Shown piece after piece: positions 1-9,426 of a DNA stretch of 32,622 nucleotides. The stretch's first letter is position 1. Each line of letters starts with the position of its first letter. The position numbers were made by a program, and so were the translations under genes. The notes beneath the pieces are model-generated. The model saw only the letters and a list, made by a program, of their open reading frames with translations, searched no databases and had not been told where the DNA came from. Source of the DNA: Promethearchaeia archaeon (GTDB lineage Archaea; Asgardarchaeota; Lokiarchaeia; Sigyniarchaeales; SOKP01); NCBI GenBank assembly GCA_029856105.1, contig JAHQWH010000111.1, forward strand, positions 1 to 32,622. The letters are read 5' to 3'.

Positions 1-1534
1 CATCTCTACTTGATACAATCATTCCTTTTTGTTTGGCTTCTTCTGTAATAAATCTTTCTTGGATGTGATATCTATGCCTGAACCTTTCTTTAATTTCTTT
101 TTGGTTATAAGCGTTAAAGAGTTTAGTCTTCTTCTCAATTATTATTTTATGAGCACCTAATCTCATGCTTCCTCCTTTTTCAGTCACGAATTTCTGGCTT
201 TCTAAAAGATCTACCACCGGATATGGCGTATCGGGATCTATTTCAGAGGTGTTTGCTCCAGTTAATCCTAAATATTTTCTACAGAAAGCAATATAAAACA
301 ATTGAGCACCAAAACAAATACCTAAAAAGGGCACTTTCTTTTCCATAGCATATTCAGCCGATTTAATCATCCCTTCAACAGCCCTCTCTCCAAAACCAGG
401 CGTTAATAATATTCCATCGCAATCACTTAATGCTTCTTCAATATTGGTGTCTTCGGTAATATTAATCATTTTCAATTCAGTCCTATATCCTTGATGAGCC
501 GCTGCGTGTTCTAAAGCGTCGTTGATGGAGATATACGAATCAGATATATTAAAATATTTACCAGGCATCGCAATTCTTACCGTTTTACTAGCGTTTTTGT
601 ATAACTCTACCATTTTTACCCATTCGGAATAATTAGTGACTTCACTATACGAAACTAATTTTGCTTTTAAATCTATAAGTTCACAAAGAAAATCTCCTAA
701 TCCTTGTTCCTCAAATAATAAAGGTAATTCGTATACGACATCTAAATCGGGATTTGAAACTACTGCGGCTTCTGGAATGTTTGAATAAAGGGAGATTTTC
801 GATTTTATATCGTCAGCTAAAGGTTTTTCACTTCGACCTATTATAATATCTGGTTGTAACCCCACGCTTTGAAGCATTCTAACGGAATGTTGCGTTGGTT
901 TTGATTTTTGTTGACCAACTGCCCGAGAATAAGGAACAAGAGTTACATGAACTAAAGCTGTACGATGAACATTTTCCAATTTGATTTGTCGAAATGTTTC
1001 TAAAAAAATGCTTGATTCTAAATCGCCTACAGTCCCTCCACATTCAATTAATAGCACATCTAAATTCTCACTTTCTGATATTTCCATTAATCTTTTCTTT
1101 ATAATATTAGTCACATGAGGGATTAATTGTACGGTTTTTCCTAAAAATTTACCTTTTCTTTCTCTTAAGATAGTTGATAAATAAATCTGGCCAGAAGTTA
1201 TATTATGTGAAGGATGCATCTCGATACCCAAAAACCTACTGTAAGTCCCGAAGTCCTGGTCTATCTCAGATATTTTATAACATCTTTCGTCTGACCCGGG
1301 CACGGGCGTAAAGTCCCATACATCTTCAGTTATAAAACATTCACCGTGTTCAATTGGATTAAGCGTTCCTGGATCAACATTTAAGTAAGGGTCGATCTTA
1401 ACCGCCGAAATATTGAAACCCCGGAATTGAAGCACCTTTCCTATACTAGCGGTAACCACTCCCTTACCTATACCAGACATTACACCTCCCGTAATGAATA
1501 TAAATCGAATATTACTCTCATTGGCATCTGTCAA
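1..1534 (-). CDS. pyrG: CTP synthase (3' end runs off the window)
   Basis: Not in the ORF track. Manual translation from TTG at 1534 gives LTDANESNIRFIFITGGVMSGIGKGVVTASIG...KIDPYLNVDPGTLNPIEHGE, then ECGGTVGDLES, KSKPTQHSV, GICFGAQ (glutaminase Cys) and ERFRHRY. A GGAGATGTGA SD-like motif lies upstream. Confidence 0.95.
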   Translation of the reverse strand, partial: MTDANESNIRFIFITGGVMSGIGKGVVTASIGKVLQFRGFNISAVKIDPYLNVDPGTLNPIEHGECFITEDVWDFTPVPGSDERCYKISEIDQDFGTYSRFLGIEMHPSHNITSGQIYLSTILRERKGKFLGKTVQLIPHVTNIIKKRLMEISESENLDVLLIECGGTVGDLESSIFLETFRQIKLENVHRTALVHVTLVPYSRAVGQQKSKPTQHSVRMLQSVGLQPDIIIGRSEKPLADDIKSKISLYSNIPEAAVVSNPDLDVVYELPLLFEEQGLGDFLCELIDLKAKLVSYSEVTNYSEWVKMVELYKNASKTVRIAMPGKYFNISDSYISINDALEHAAAHQGYRTELKMINITEDTNIEEALSDCDGILLTPGFGERAVEGMIKSAEYAMEKKVPFLGICFGAQLFYIAFCRKYLGLTGANTSEIDPDTPYPVVDLLESQKFVTEKGGSMRLGAHKIIIEKKTKLFNAYNQKEIKERFRHRYHIQERFITEEAKQKGMIVSSRD

Positions 1535-1656
1535 TTCTATATTTCACATCTCCGATTTTTATAATAATTATTAATTAGTCTTTATAAAAATATTAAATAG
1601 CAACCACATTTAATAAGAATTTCGAGATTATAAAAAATTAAATTATTGATAGATAA

Positions 1657-3177
1657 TTAGGTTATAAAAAGACTTCTTGATGAAAAATTTGGATCTGATG
1701 TTATATTAAGTCCTAATCTTCTCAAGCCAGCTTCGTCTCCTGGAGTGGGTATATGAGTCGAATGCATTTCGCAACCAGAAAGTTCCTTAAGCTTTTCTAT
1801 TGCAACTTTAGCAGAAGGATTGAAATCGGCACTTATACTTAAGGCTATAAGAGTCTCTTCAAGATTAAGACTCAATCTCTTGTTATTAAAAATCTCCGAT
1901 TTTAAGTAACTTATAGATTTTAAAATATTTGGAGACAAAAGATAAATGTTTTTAGGGATCCCGGCTAATTCTTTTATCGTATTTAAGACTAAACTGGAAG
2001 CGGCATGCATCAGTGGAGAATTATTACCAGTTATTATTTTTCCATTCCTCAATTGTAATGCGGCTCCAGCAAATACACCATCATTTCCTTTACCTTTTTT
2101 TTGGGCAGCTATAGACGCTTGACGAGCCTCTTTTACCACTTCTCTATCAAATACTGTGAGATTCAATTCTTTCATCAACAATTCCGCTTTCTGCACAGTT
2201 TTCTTTTCGGCAACACCCATTGCATATTCGCAACTATATCGAAAAAATCTTCGGATCAATTCCTGTTTTGCTGCTTGCTGCACCAGATCATCGTTAATTA
2301 TAGCAAAACCTGCTTTACTTACACCCATATCAGTAGGAGATTTATATACTAATTTGTTACCCATAATCCTTAGCATAATTTTCTTGACCACCGGAAAAAT
2401 CTCAACATCTCTGTTATAATTAATTGCGGTAATATTATAGGTTTCTAGATGAAAGGGATCCACTTGATTAAAATCTCCGATGTCGGCAGTCGCCGATTCA
2501 TATGCCATATTTACAGGATGTTTTAACGGCAAGTTCCAAATTGGAAAAGTTTCAAATTTAGCATAACCCGCATCTATCCCCCTTATATGTTCGTGATACA
2601 TTTGAGAAAGACAAGTTGCCAACTTCCCACTACCTGGTCCGGGTGCAGTAACAATGATTATAGGCTTGGATGTTTCAATATAATCATTTGAACCATACCC
2701 CTCTTTACTTATAATTAAATCAATATTGGTTGGATAACCTCTAATTAAGTGATGTGTAACTACTTTTATATCACGCCGTTCCAGTTTATTCATGAATTGT
2801 TTTACTACTTGTTGGCCATTATAACGCGTCACTACCACAGCACATATGTTAATCCCCCCATCGCGAAGATCGTCGATTAATTTCAGTGCATTATTGTCAT
2901 ATGTTATGCCAAAATCTGCGCGAATCTTCCTCCTTTCTATATCTCCAGAATATATACAAATAATTACCTCAATTTTATCTTTAAGAGTCTTCAAAAGCTT
3001 CATTTTCACATTTGGGTCGAACCCAGGAAGGACTCGCGAAGCATGATAATCATAGACCAGCTTTCCACCGAATTCAAGATACAATTTATTTCCAAATTGA
3101 GCGGCTCGATCTAAGATGCTCTTAGATTGTTCTTTTAGATACTTTTCGTTATCAAAACCAATTTTATCAATAGTCAT
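1657..3177 (-). CDS. DUF1846 family protein (P-loop)
   Basis: Family-typical motifs LYLEFGGKL, HASRVLPGFDP, TAPGPGSGKLATCLSQ, YAKFETFPIWNLPLKHPVN and SPTDMGV. Confidence 0.88.
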   Translation of the reverse strand: MTIDKIGFDNEKYLKEQSKSILDRAAQFGNKLYLEFGGKLVYDYHASRVLPGFDPNVKMKLLKTLKDKIEVIICIYSGDIERRKIRADFGITYDNNALKLIDDLRDGGINICAVVVTRYNGQQVVKQFMNKLERRDIKVVTHHLIRGYPTNIDLIISKEGYGSNDYIETSKPIIIVTAPGPGSGKLATCLSQMYHEHIRGIDAGYAKFETFPIWNLPLKHPVNMAYESATADIGDFNQVDPFHLETYNITAINYNRDVEIFPVVKKIMLRIMGNKLVYKSPTDMGVSKAGFAIINDDLVQQAAKQELIRRFFRYSCEYAMGVAEKKTVQKAELLMKELNLTVFDREVVKEARQASIAAQKKGKGNDGVFAGAALQLRNGKIITGNNSPLMHAASSLVLNTIKELAGIPKNIYLLSPNILKSISYLKSEIFNNKRLSLNLEETLIALSISADFNPSAKVAIEKLKELSGCEMHSTHIPTPGDEAGLRRLGLNITSDPNFSSRSLFIT

Positions 3178-3222
3178 AGTCCAAATCTAACTTAGTTAAA
3201 ACAATTATTATCACATAAATTA

Positions 3223-4044
3223 CTATTTTCCTTTAAAAGTTGGATCTCGTTTCTGAATTAATGCTTTCAACGATTCTCTAAAGTCGTGGGTTTTTAAAAG
3301 AGTTCTGAGAGCTTCGTTTTCAAGATCTAACGTTTTTGATAAAATGTCTTTAAAATAATCGTGCATAGTTTTTTTCATTAATTTTAACGATAAAGATGGA
3401 CCTTTAGGAGGAATAAGTTTTAACGCTTGTTCTCTAACAAATGACATTAATTCTTCTTTTGGTAAAACTTTATTTACAAGGCCAAGCTCGTAGGCTTCTT
3501 GAGCAGTTATCTTTTTACCAAAATAAAGCAATTCTTTGGTTTTCTGAAAACCAATGTAAAAAGGAAGTAAAAAATCGGCGCCGAATTCTGCTATAACTGC
3601 GCGCCTTATAAAATAAAAACCAATCCAAGCATCTTCAGACATATAAATTAAATCGGCCCCTATCAATGGCATAGTAAAACCCGCACCTACCGCTAGTCCG
3701 TTTATAGCAGCGATCACCGGTTTAGAAAAACTCCAAAATTTTATAGCCAATCTTTTTATCGCGATATCTGTTAAATCAATTTCTTCCAATATTTCTTTTG
3801 GAATTGAAGTTATCATGCTCATATTGAAATAACCACCCGACGAAAACGCGTTAGCTTCTTCGCAGCCAGTTATAATTAAAACTTTAGCATTTTTATCAGC
3901 TTCCATATCTGCTAACACCGTCTCAATTTCTAAAAAGGTTACAAATGACATTGCGTTTTTCCTTTTGGGTTGGTTAATTGTAACGGTACAGATTCCGTTT
4001 TCTTCCTTTTTATAGACTATATCTTGAATATCTTCGATTTTCAT
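3223..4044 (-). CDS. Crotonase-fold enoyl-CoA hydratase/isomerase (PaaG/ECI2-like isomerase signature)
   Basis: TINQPKRKNAM, AFSSGG, KPVIAAINGLAVGAG, AQEAYELGLVNKV, C-terminal KRDPTFKGK. Confidence 0.9.
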   Translation of the reverse strand: MKIEDIQDIVYKKEENGICTVTINQPKRKNAMSFVTFLEIETVLADMEADKNAKVLIITGCEEANAFSSGGYFNMSMITSIPKEILEEIDLTDIAIKRLAIKFWSFSKPVIAAINGLAVGAGFTMPLIGADLIYMSEDAWIGFYFIRRAVIAEFGADFLLPFYIGFQKTKELLYFGKKITAQEAYELGLVNKVLPKEELMSFVREQALKLIPPKGPSLSLKLMKKTMHDYFKDILSKTLDLENEALRTLLKTHDFRESLKALIQKRDPTFKGK

Positions 4045-4110
4045 AAAAAATTCTCAAAATGATTAATTTGAATAATAAGAAATTTAATTATACATTGTTT
4101 TTTAAAATAT

Positions 4111-4698
4111 ATGGATCTCTTAAATAAATTTAAAGAGGGCATTCTAAAAGTAATAGGATATCTTGTTCCTGTTTTTCAATACATACCAAATGCTTCTTTA
4201 TGGCATGGAATTATGAGTATTCCCTTAATTTCATATTTAATAGCATTTTTGAGTTATCCTAATATTGCAATGATGGATTTTGGATTCTTCTTTTCTTATG
4301 GAGCTCCATGGAGTTATTTAGCTATATTTGGGGGGATCTTTTTCTTGTATTCTTTTTTTTATCAACTCTTTAATAGAAAAAAATTGATCACTAAAGGACT
4401 ATATAAATATTTAAGACATCCTCAATATTTGGGGATGATAATAATGACTCTTGGGCTTACTTTATTATGCCTTAATACAAGCCCAATTTACCCTTTTGTT
4501 CAAGAACCGTTTTACGATAAATCTTGGATTTTATTCATTTGGATTGCTGAAGCTTTAATATATGTTCTTTTAGCTAAAATTGAAGATTTATCTTTAAAAG
4601 CCAAACATGGTGAAGAGTTTTTAAATTATGCTTCTAAAGTACCATTTATGTTTCCGTTTTTCAATCTCAATAAAGAAAAAAATAGAAAGAATAAATAA
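4111..4698 (+). CDS. ICMT/PEMT-family membrane methyltransferase
   Basis: Multiple hydrophobic helices, LITKGLYKYLRHPQYLG motif and E..L..KHGEEFLNYASKVP C-terminal motif. Confidence 0.8.
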   Translation: MDLLNKFKEGILKVIGYLVPVFQYIPNASLWHGIMSIPLISYLIAFLSYPNIAMMDFGFFFSYGAPWSYLAIFGGIFFLYSFFYQLFNRKKLITKGLYKYLRHPQYLGMIIMTLGLTLLCLNTSPIYPFVQEPFYDKSWILFIWIAEALIYVLLAKIEDLSLKAKHGEEFLNYASKVPFMFPFFNLNKEKNRKNK

Positions 4699-4704
4699 AA
4701 ATTT

Positions 4705-4890
4705 TCACAGAAATTTGTCCATGAGGTATTCTTTTGCCTTTATATTAGTTATGCTAAAATCTAAAGTATCAATGATATGTTGAGCTTGGTCATTAGCGAT
4801 TTTTCTTGCTTCCTTTTCATCTTTAGCGCTTATTTTAAATTTTCTATATGGAAAAATGTAGAATTTTACCTTAACTTCATATTCTGGCAA
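4705..4890 (-). CDS. Small hypothetical protein (61 aa)
   Basis: TTG start preceded by GAGGGA SD. It fills the gap between genes and shows a beta-beta-alpha-beta pattern (YEVKVKF...FKISAKDEKEARKIA). Confidence 0.65.
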   Translation of the reverse strand: MPEYEVKVKFYIFPYRKFKISAKDEKEARKIANDQAQHIIDTLDFSITNIKAKEYLMDKFL

Positions 4891-4983
4891 CTTGATTCCC
4901 TCTAATTATTTTAATATTATCGTAAAAGTTTTACTATACTTTAAGAAATCTTATTTTATAAAACCAAATTATCTACCAGATAA

Positions 4984-5023
4984 TTCTTCAAATTGGAAAA
5001 GAAAAAAAAATATATTTGAAGAA
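4984..5023 (-). terminator. Probable terminator of the acyl-CoA dehydrogenase gene
   Basis: Perfect 10-bp inverted repeat TTCTTCAAAT/ATTTGAAGAA enclosing a minus-strand oligo-T tract, immediately after the stop at 5032. Confidence 0.5.
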
Positions 5024-5031
5024 ATGGGACG

Positions 5032-6216
5032 CTACAGTAACCGGAACAATTGTCTTAGCGTATAACTCATAATATACTGCTGTATTTGTCTTGTTCCGCC
5101 TCCAATTTCTTGGATTCTACTAATCCCTAATAAATCATGCATTAAAGTATTATCACAAACTCCTGCTCCACCCATAAGGTTGGCACATTCATACACCACC
5201 CGCTCAGAAAGTTTTGTACTAAGGAACTTAAGTTGTGACGCAGTAGCACCCAAGGCTAAATTAAACTCTTTAGGAAGCGTCCCGAGCTTCTCCATTTTGT
5301 CGTCAATTGTTTGGCAAATATTTAAGATTGCTAAAGTCATGCTCGTTGTTTGAGCCCAGAGATCAGTCAGAGGAAATCCTACGCCTTGATGTTTCAATAT
5401 TTCCTTATCAAATTGTTTTCTCATGTTAGTATATATTACGGCATGAGTAACCGCGTTCCAAGCCTCAGCAATATTTAAACACACGATCCCTAATCTTTCT
5501 AAATTAAGGCCTTCAAATAAGTGTTCCCGCCCCTCGCCTGGTTTACCTAACACATATTCAGGAGGAATTTTCATATTTGTAAAAGTTTCTTTACCTATAT
5601 GTATCCTTGGAGTCCAGGGGATGTTAACCCGTTCGGCTTCCCATCCGTCCCACGAAGTATCAACTAATAATTGAGCCATTGTGTTGCCATTATTTTTTTC
5701 TGTAACAGCGTAAATAACCGCCCAATCTGCTTTAGGTCCATTAGTTTGATATATCTTTACTCCATTAAGATGGAGGCTTCCATCCTCTTGTTTGTCACAG
5801 GTAGTTAGCATATGAACCGCATCAGAGCCTCTTTCGGGTTCAGTTATACAAATACAGCCTACCTTTTCTCCCGTTACTAACTCTTTTAGCGCTTTTAATC
5901 GAATATCGACATTTTCGTGATGGAGCATTAATGGATTCACTACTAAAACAGTAGCCCCAGCGCCCATTGCTAGCTGGGGATCGAAGAAATCCATAGCCAA
6001 AACTCTCATAAATTCAGTCGTCATCCCATAAGGTTCGAAATCTAAACCGATATTGTCAAATTTATGCATTCGAGTTATATATCCATTTCTTCCGATCTCG
6101 GGAATCCACTCGTAGAAATCCTCGTTATGCGTAATGTTATTATTTTTTTCAAATTTTTCGAAAAACTTTTGGGCTTGCTTAAGGAAATTGAAATGCTTCG
6201 GTTTCAAAAAACTCAT
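5032..6216 (-). CDS. Acyl-CoA dehydrogenase
   Basis: GCICITEPERGSDA, LNGVKIYQTNG, RKQFDK, GGAG, IQEIGGGTRQIQ. Start moved to the ATG at 6216 (MSFLKPKH) because the upstream TTG extension looks non-coding. Confidence 0.92.
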   Translation of the reverse strand: MSFLKPKHFNFLKQAQKFFEKFEKNNNITHNEDFYEWIPEIGRNGYITRMHKFDNIGLDFEPYGMTTEFMRVLAMDFFDPQLAMGAGATVLVVNPLMLHHENVDIRLKALKELVTGEKVGCICITEPERGSDAVHMLTTCDKQEDGSLHLNGVKIYQTNGPKADWAVIYAVTEKNNGNTMAQLLVDTSWDGWEAERVNIPWTPRIHIGKETFTNMKIPPEYVLGKPGEGREHLFEGLNLERLGIVCLNIAEAWNAVTHAVIYTNMRKQFDKEILKHQGVGFPLTDLWAQTTSMTLAILNICQTIDDKMEKLGTLPKEFNLALGATASQLKFLSTKLSERVVYECANLMGGAGVCDNTLMHDLLGISRIQEIGGGTRQIQQYIMSYTLRQLFRLL

Positions 6217-6416
6217 CAAATTGTAATTCAAAAATTTATTACGGGTTTTTAACGATAGTTTTTTTAGAATATCATCATTTATACATTGCACATTACCTTT
6301 CAATAACATCAACTCTTTAAATTAGAAATAAATTTATATTTATGAATAAGTATTTGATGAAGTCCTTAAAATAATTTCATATAATTGAGGTTAAAAAATT
6401 TAAAAAAAAGTTTTAA

Positions 6417-8150
6417 TTAATCATTTTTGATTTCTTCTTCTCGAAGTGCTCTTTTTAATATTTTACCTACTAATGTGAGAGGTAACTCTTCTCTAAAGGC
6501 CCAAACTCTAGGGTTTTCATATTTCGAAAGATGTTCAGAAGCGTATTTTTTTAAAGTCTCTTTTACAGATTCATTTGGTTCGATCCCCTCTTTAAGCTGA
6601 ACGACTGCTTTGACAATTTCACTTCCCGGTCGATCGGGATCTTTTAATCCAATAATGGCAACTAATTCGATGTCTGGGTGTTTTGTTAATACATCCTCAA
6701 CATGAACGCTATAAACCTTAAATCCGCTTACGATTAACATATCTTTAGTTCGATCTACAATTGTAATAAACCCATCTTCATCCATTACACCAACATCTCC
6801 AGTATGAAGCCATCCATCGATAATTGTTTTTTCATTTGCTTCTGGCTTGTTATAATAACCTCTTGTAACTTGAGGACCTTTACAAATAATCTCTCCAGGC
6901 TTTCCTAGCTCAACTTGTTCTCCAGTCTCAACATCAACAAGGCGTATTTCGGTATCTGGCATTGGTATCCCTACTGTCCCAACTTTCTTTTTACCATAAT
7001 AAGGATTCATGGTGAGCACGGGTGATGTCTCGGTCATTCCATATAATTCCAATAATTTATTTTTCGCAAACATCGAATCTTCGAAATCGTGAATTGCTTC
7101 TGCAGGAAACGGTGCTGCACCAGAAATATAAACCTCAAGATTATCAAAAGTGGACTTGGAAACATCCTTTATTTTTGGATTATTTTTTATAGATAAAAAT
7201 AATGTTGGTACATTCACCATTAACCTAGGATTTTTATCCATCATTTCTTTTATAATATGGTCTGTATCCCTAGGGTTAGCAATTAATATTTGCCCCCCTG
7301 AAGCATACAAGGTTGCCATACCCATAAATAGACCTGCTAAATGAAATAATGGAAAAGCGGATAAGTTAAATTCTCCTTCTTTTGCTTCAAGAGCATCAAG
7401 CCAAGTTAAAGCTTGAACCATATTGGAAATTATGTTGGCATGAGTAAGTTCTGTACCTTTAGGAAGCCCTGTGGTTCCACCTGTATATTGTAGTAACGAA
7501 AGATCTTTATTAATGTCTATTCCTACTTCTTGGAAGTCGATTGATGTTTTCATCACATCTAAGAAATCAATAACCATTTTTCCTTCATATGGCGTAACTT
7601 TCCCTTTTGGAATCTTTCCTATTAATTTACCAAGAATTACTTTGACTTTAGAAAGTCCCATATAATCCGAGACATTAGTGGTTATTATGCACTTAAGATT
7701 TGGTGTTTTAGCTAAGACTTTTATTAATACCTTCGCATATACCGCATCCAAAGTTACGAAAAATTTAGCTTCACTGTCATTTATTTGATAAGTAATTTCA
7801 GTAGGACTTAAAAGGGGCGAACACCCTGAGGCTACACCACCAACTAATAATGTTGCGAAATGTGCCACTAAATATTGAGGACAATTAGGTAAGTTTATAG
7901 CAACACGATCTCCCTTTTTCAAACCATTTTTTTGTAAAAATGTTGCAAATCTATGTATGTAATCTCTAAGTTCTTTAAAAGGAATTTCTCTTTCCATGAA
8001 AAAGCAGGCAGGTCTTTCAGGAAATTTCGCCATTGCGTTATCGAATAATTTGCCAAGGCTTTCTTTAGGATATTCTAAATTCGGTTTTACATGTTCATCA
8101 TAAGATTTTAACCATATTTTTGAATCATATGGAGATTTTTGATTTTGCAT
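6417..8150 (-). CDS. Long-chain fatty acid--CoA ligase (FadD-like)
   Basis: AMP-binding motif LLQYTGGTTGLPKG, YGMTETSP, GWLHTGD, DRTKDM, VGKILKRALR. AGGTG SD upstream. Confidence 0.93.
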   Translation of the reverse strand: MQNQKSPYDSKIWLKSYDEHVKPNLEYPKESLGKLFDNAMAKFPERPACFFMEREIPFKELRDYIHRFATFLQKNGLKKGDRVAINLPNCPQYLVAHFATLLVGGVASGCSPLLSPTEITYQINDSEAKFFVTLDAVYAKVLIKVLAKTPNLKCIITTNVSDYMGLSKVKVILGKLIGKIPKGKVTPYEGKMVIDFLDVMKTSIDFQEVGIDINKDLSLLQYTGGTTGLPKGTELTHANIISNMVQALTWLDALEAKEGEFNLSAFPLFHLAGLFMGMATLYASGGQILIANPRDTDHIIKEMMDKNPRLMVNVPTLFLSIKNNPKIKDVSKSTFDNLEVYISGAAPFPAEAIHDFEDSMFAKNKLLELYGMTETSPVLTMNPYYGKKKVGTVGIPMPDTEIRLVDVETGEQVELGKPGEIICKGPQVTRGYYNKPEANEKTIIDGWLHTGDVGVMDEDGFITIVDRTKDMLIVSGFKVYSVHVEDVLTKHPDIELVAIIGLKDPDRPGSEIVKAVVQLKEGIEPNESVKETLKKYASEHLSKYENPRVWAFREELPLTLVGKILKRALREEEIKND

Positions 8151-8340
8151 TTTTATTTAACACCTTTTTTTTCACTTACATATTAATTAGATTTTTCCTA
8201 AATCAGTAAGTATCGTTTAAATTATTTTGGGAATTTATAAAATTATTCTATAATTTGATTGAAAATAGTAACTAAAATATGTATTTTGTATAATTTTCAA
8301 CAATTAAAAAAATATAGAAATTTGATAATTAATTTAATAG

Positions 8341-9360
8341 TTAATCGAACTCTACAAGCACTTTTATCTCTTCATGTGGAGGGTTAGCTAACGTTTTAAA
8401 CATTGCGGGTACTTCGTCTATTTTAATCGTTTTTGTAATTATTGGGTCTACGTTTACTTTACTTCCAGCGATTAAATTTAACGAGGTTGCGAAAACTTCT
8501 TGATTAAAACTAAATACACCTCTCATTGAAATGTTTTTGAGCATTAGCTGCATAAAACCTTTCATTTCAAAAGGTTCTACGTGTATTCCAATAAGAGTAA
8601 TTTGGCCTCCTCTTTTAACTAAATTCATTGATGTCATATAAGTTTCTGGAAGCCCTACACAATCAAAAACATGATCAGGTCCAATCTTATTAGTAAATCT
8701 AACTATCTTATTCCAAGCATTTGGTTTTAGCGCTTTTGTGGCACCAACTTCAAGCGCTTTTTTTTGTTTTGATTCAACTGGTTCTATTATGTAAATACTA
8801 CCAGCACCGGCAACTTTTAGCGCTTGAATCGTCATTAATCCTATTGTTCCCGCTCCAATAACTGCAACATTATCGCCAATTTTTAAACCAGATTGTTGAA
8901 CTGCGTACACACAGTTTGCTAACGGTTCTACTGTAGCTCCTGCTTTGAACGACATTGAATCTGGTAAGGCGTGTAGCCTCTCCGCCTTTACATTTATGTA
9001 GTCTGCCATTCCACCGTTTTGTGTCGTACCTAAACCATTATTACTTAGCTTGCACATGTTTTCTTGGTAATGGTTACACCAATAACAATCGTGGCATGGA
9101 ACATTAGGATTTACCGTTACTCGATGACCTATTTTCCATTTTCTTACGTTATCGCCTACTTCCGCGATTTCTCCCGAAAACTCGTGACCAATTACGATTC
9201 CAGGCAGATACATTCCCCCAGATTCATAAGATTCAATTCCAGAACCACATATACCGCAATATTTTATCTTTATTAATACCTCGTCAGAAAGAACCTCTGG
9301 TTTAGGTAAGTCGTCTCTTATTTCTATTTGATGTTTTCCTACAAATACTGCTCCTTTCAT
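8341..9360 (-). CDS. Zinc-binding medium-chain dehydrogenase (sorbitol/butanediol/threonine dehydrogenase-like)
   Basis: CGICGS, GHEFSG, structural Zn motif CHDCYWC..C, VEPLA, Rossmann GAGTIG. Confidence 0.92.
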   Translation of the reverse strand: MKGAVFVGKHQIEIRDDLPKPEVLSDEVLIKIKYCGICGSGIESYESGGMYLPGIVIGHEFSGEIAEVGDNVRKWKIGHRVTVNPNVPCHDCYWCNHYQENMCKLSNNGLGTTQNGGMADYINVKAERLHALPDSMSFKAGATVEPLANCVYAVQQSGLKIGDNVAVIGAGTIGLMTIQALKVAGAGSIYIIEPVESKQKKALEVGATKALKPNAWNKIVRFTNKIGPDHVFDCVGLPETYMTSMNLVKRGGQITLIGIHVEPFEMKGFMQLMLKNISMRGVFSFNQEVFATSLNLIAGSKVNVDPIITKTIKIDEVPAMFKTLANPPHEEIKVLVEFD

Positions 9361-9426
9361 ATTATAACATCTTTAAAAAATTTTTCTTTTGATTTAAGAT
9401 TATAAAAAAAATTAAGAAATTATTAT

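Noticed and set aside
6217-6312. N-terminal extension of the acyl-CoA dehydrogenase given in the ORF track
   Set aside because: It reads as intergenic sequence with no family similarity. The ATG at 6216 gives a typical ~394-aa enzyme.
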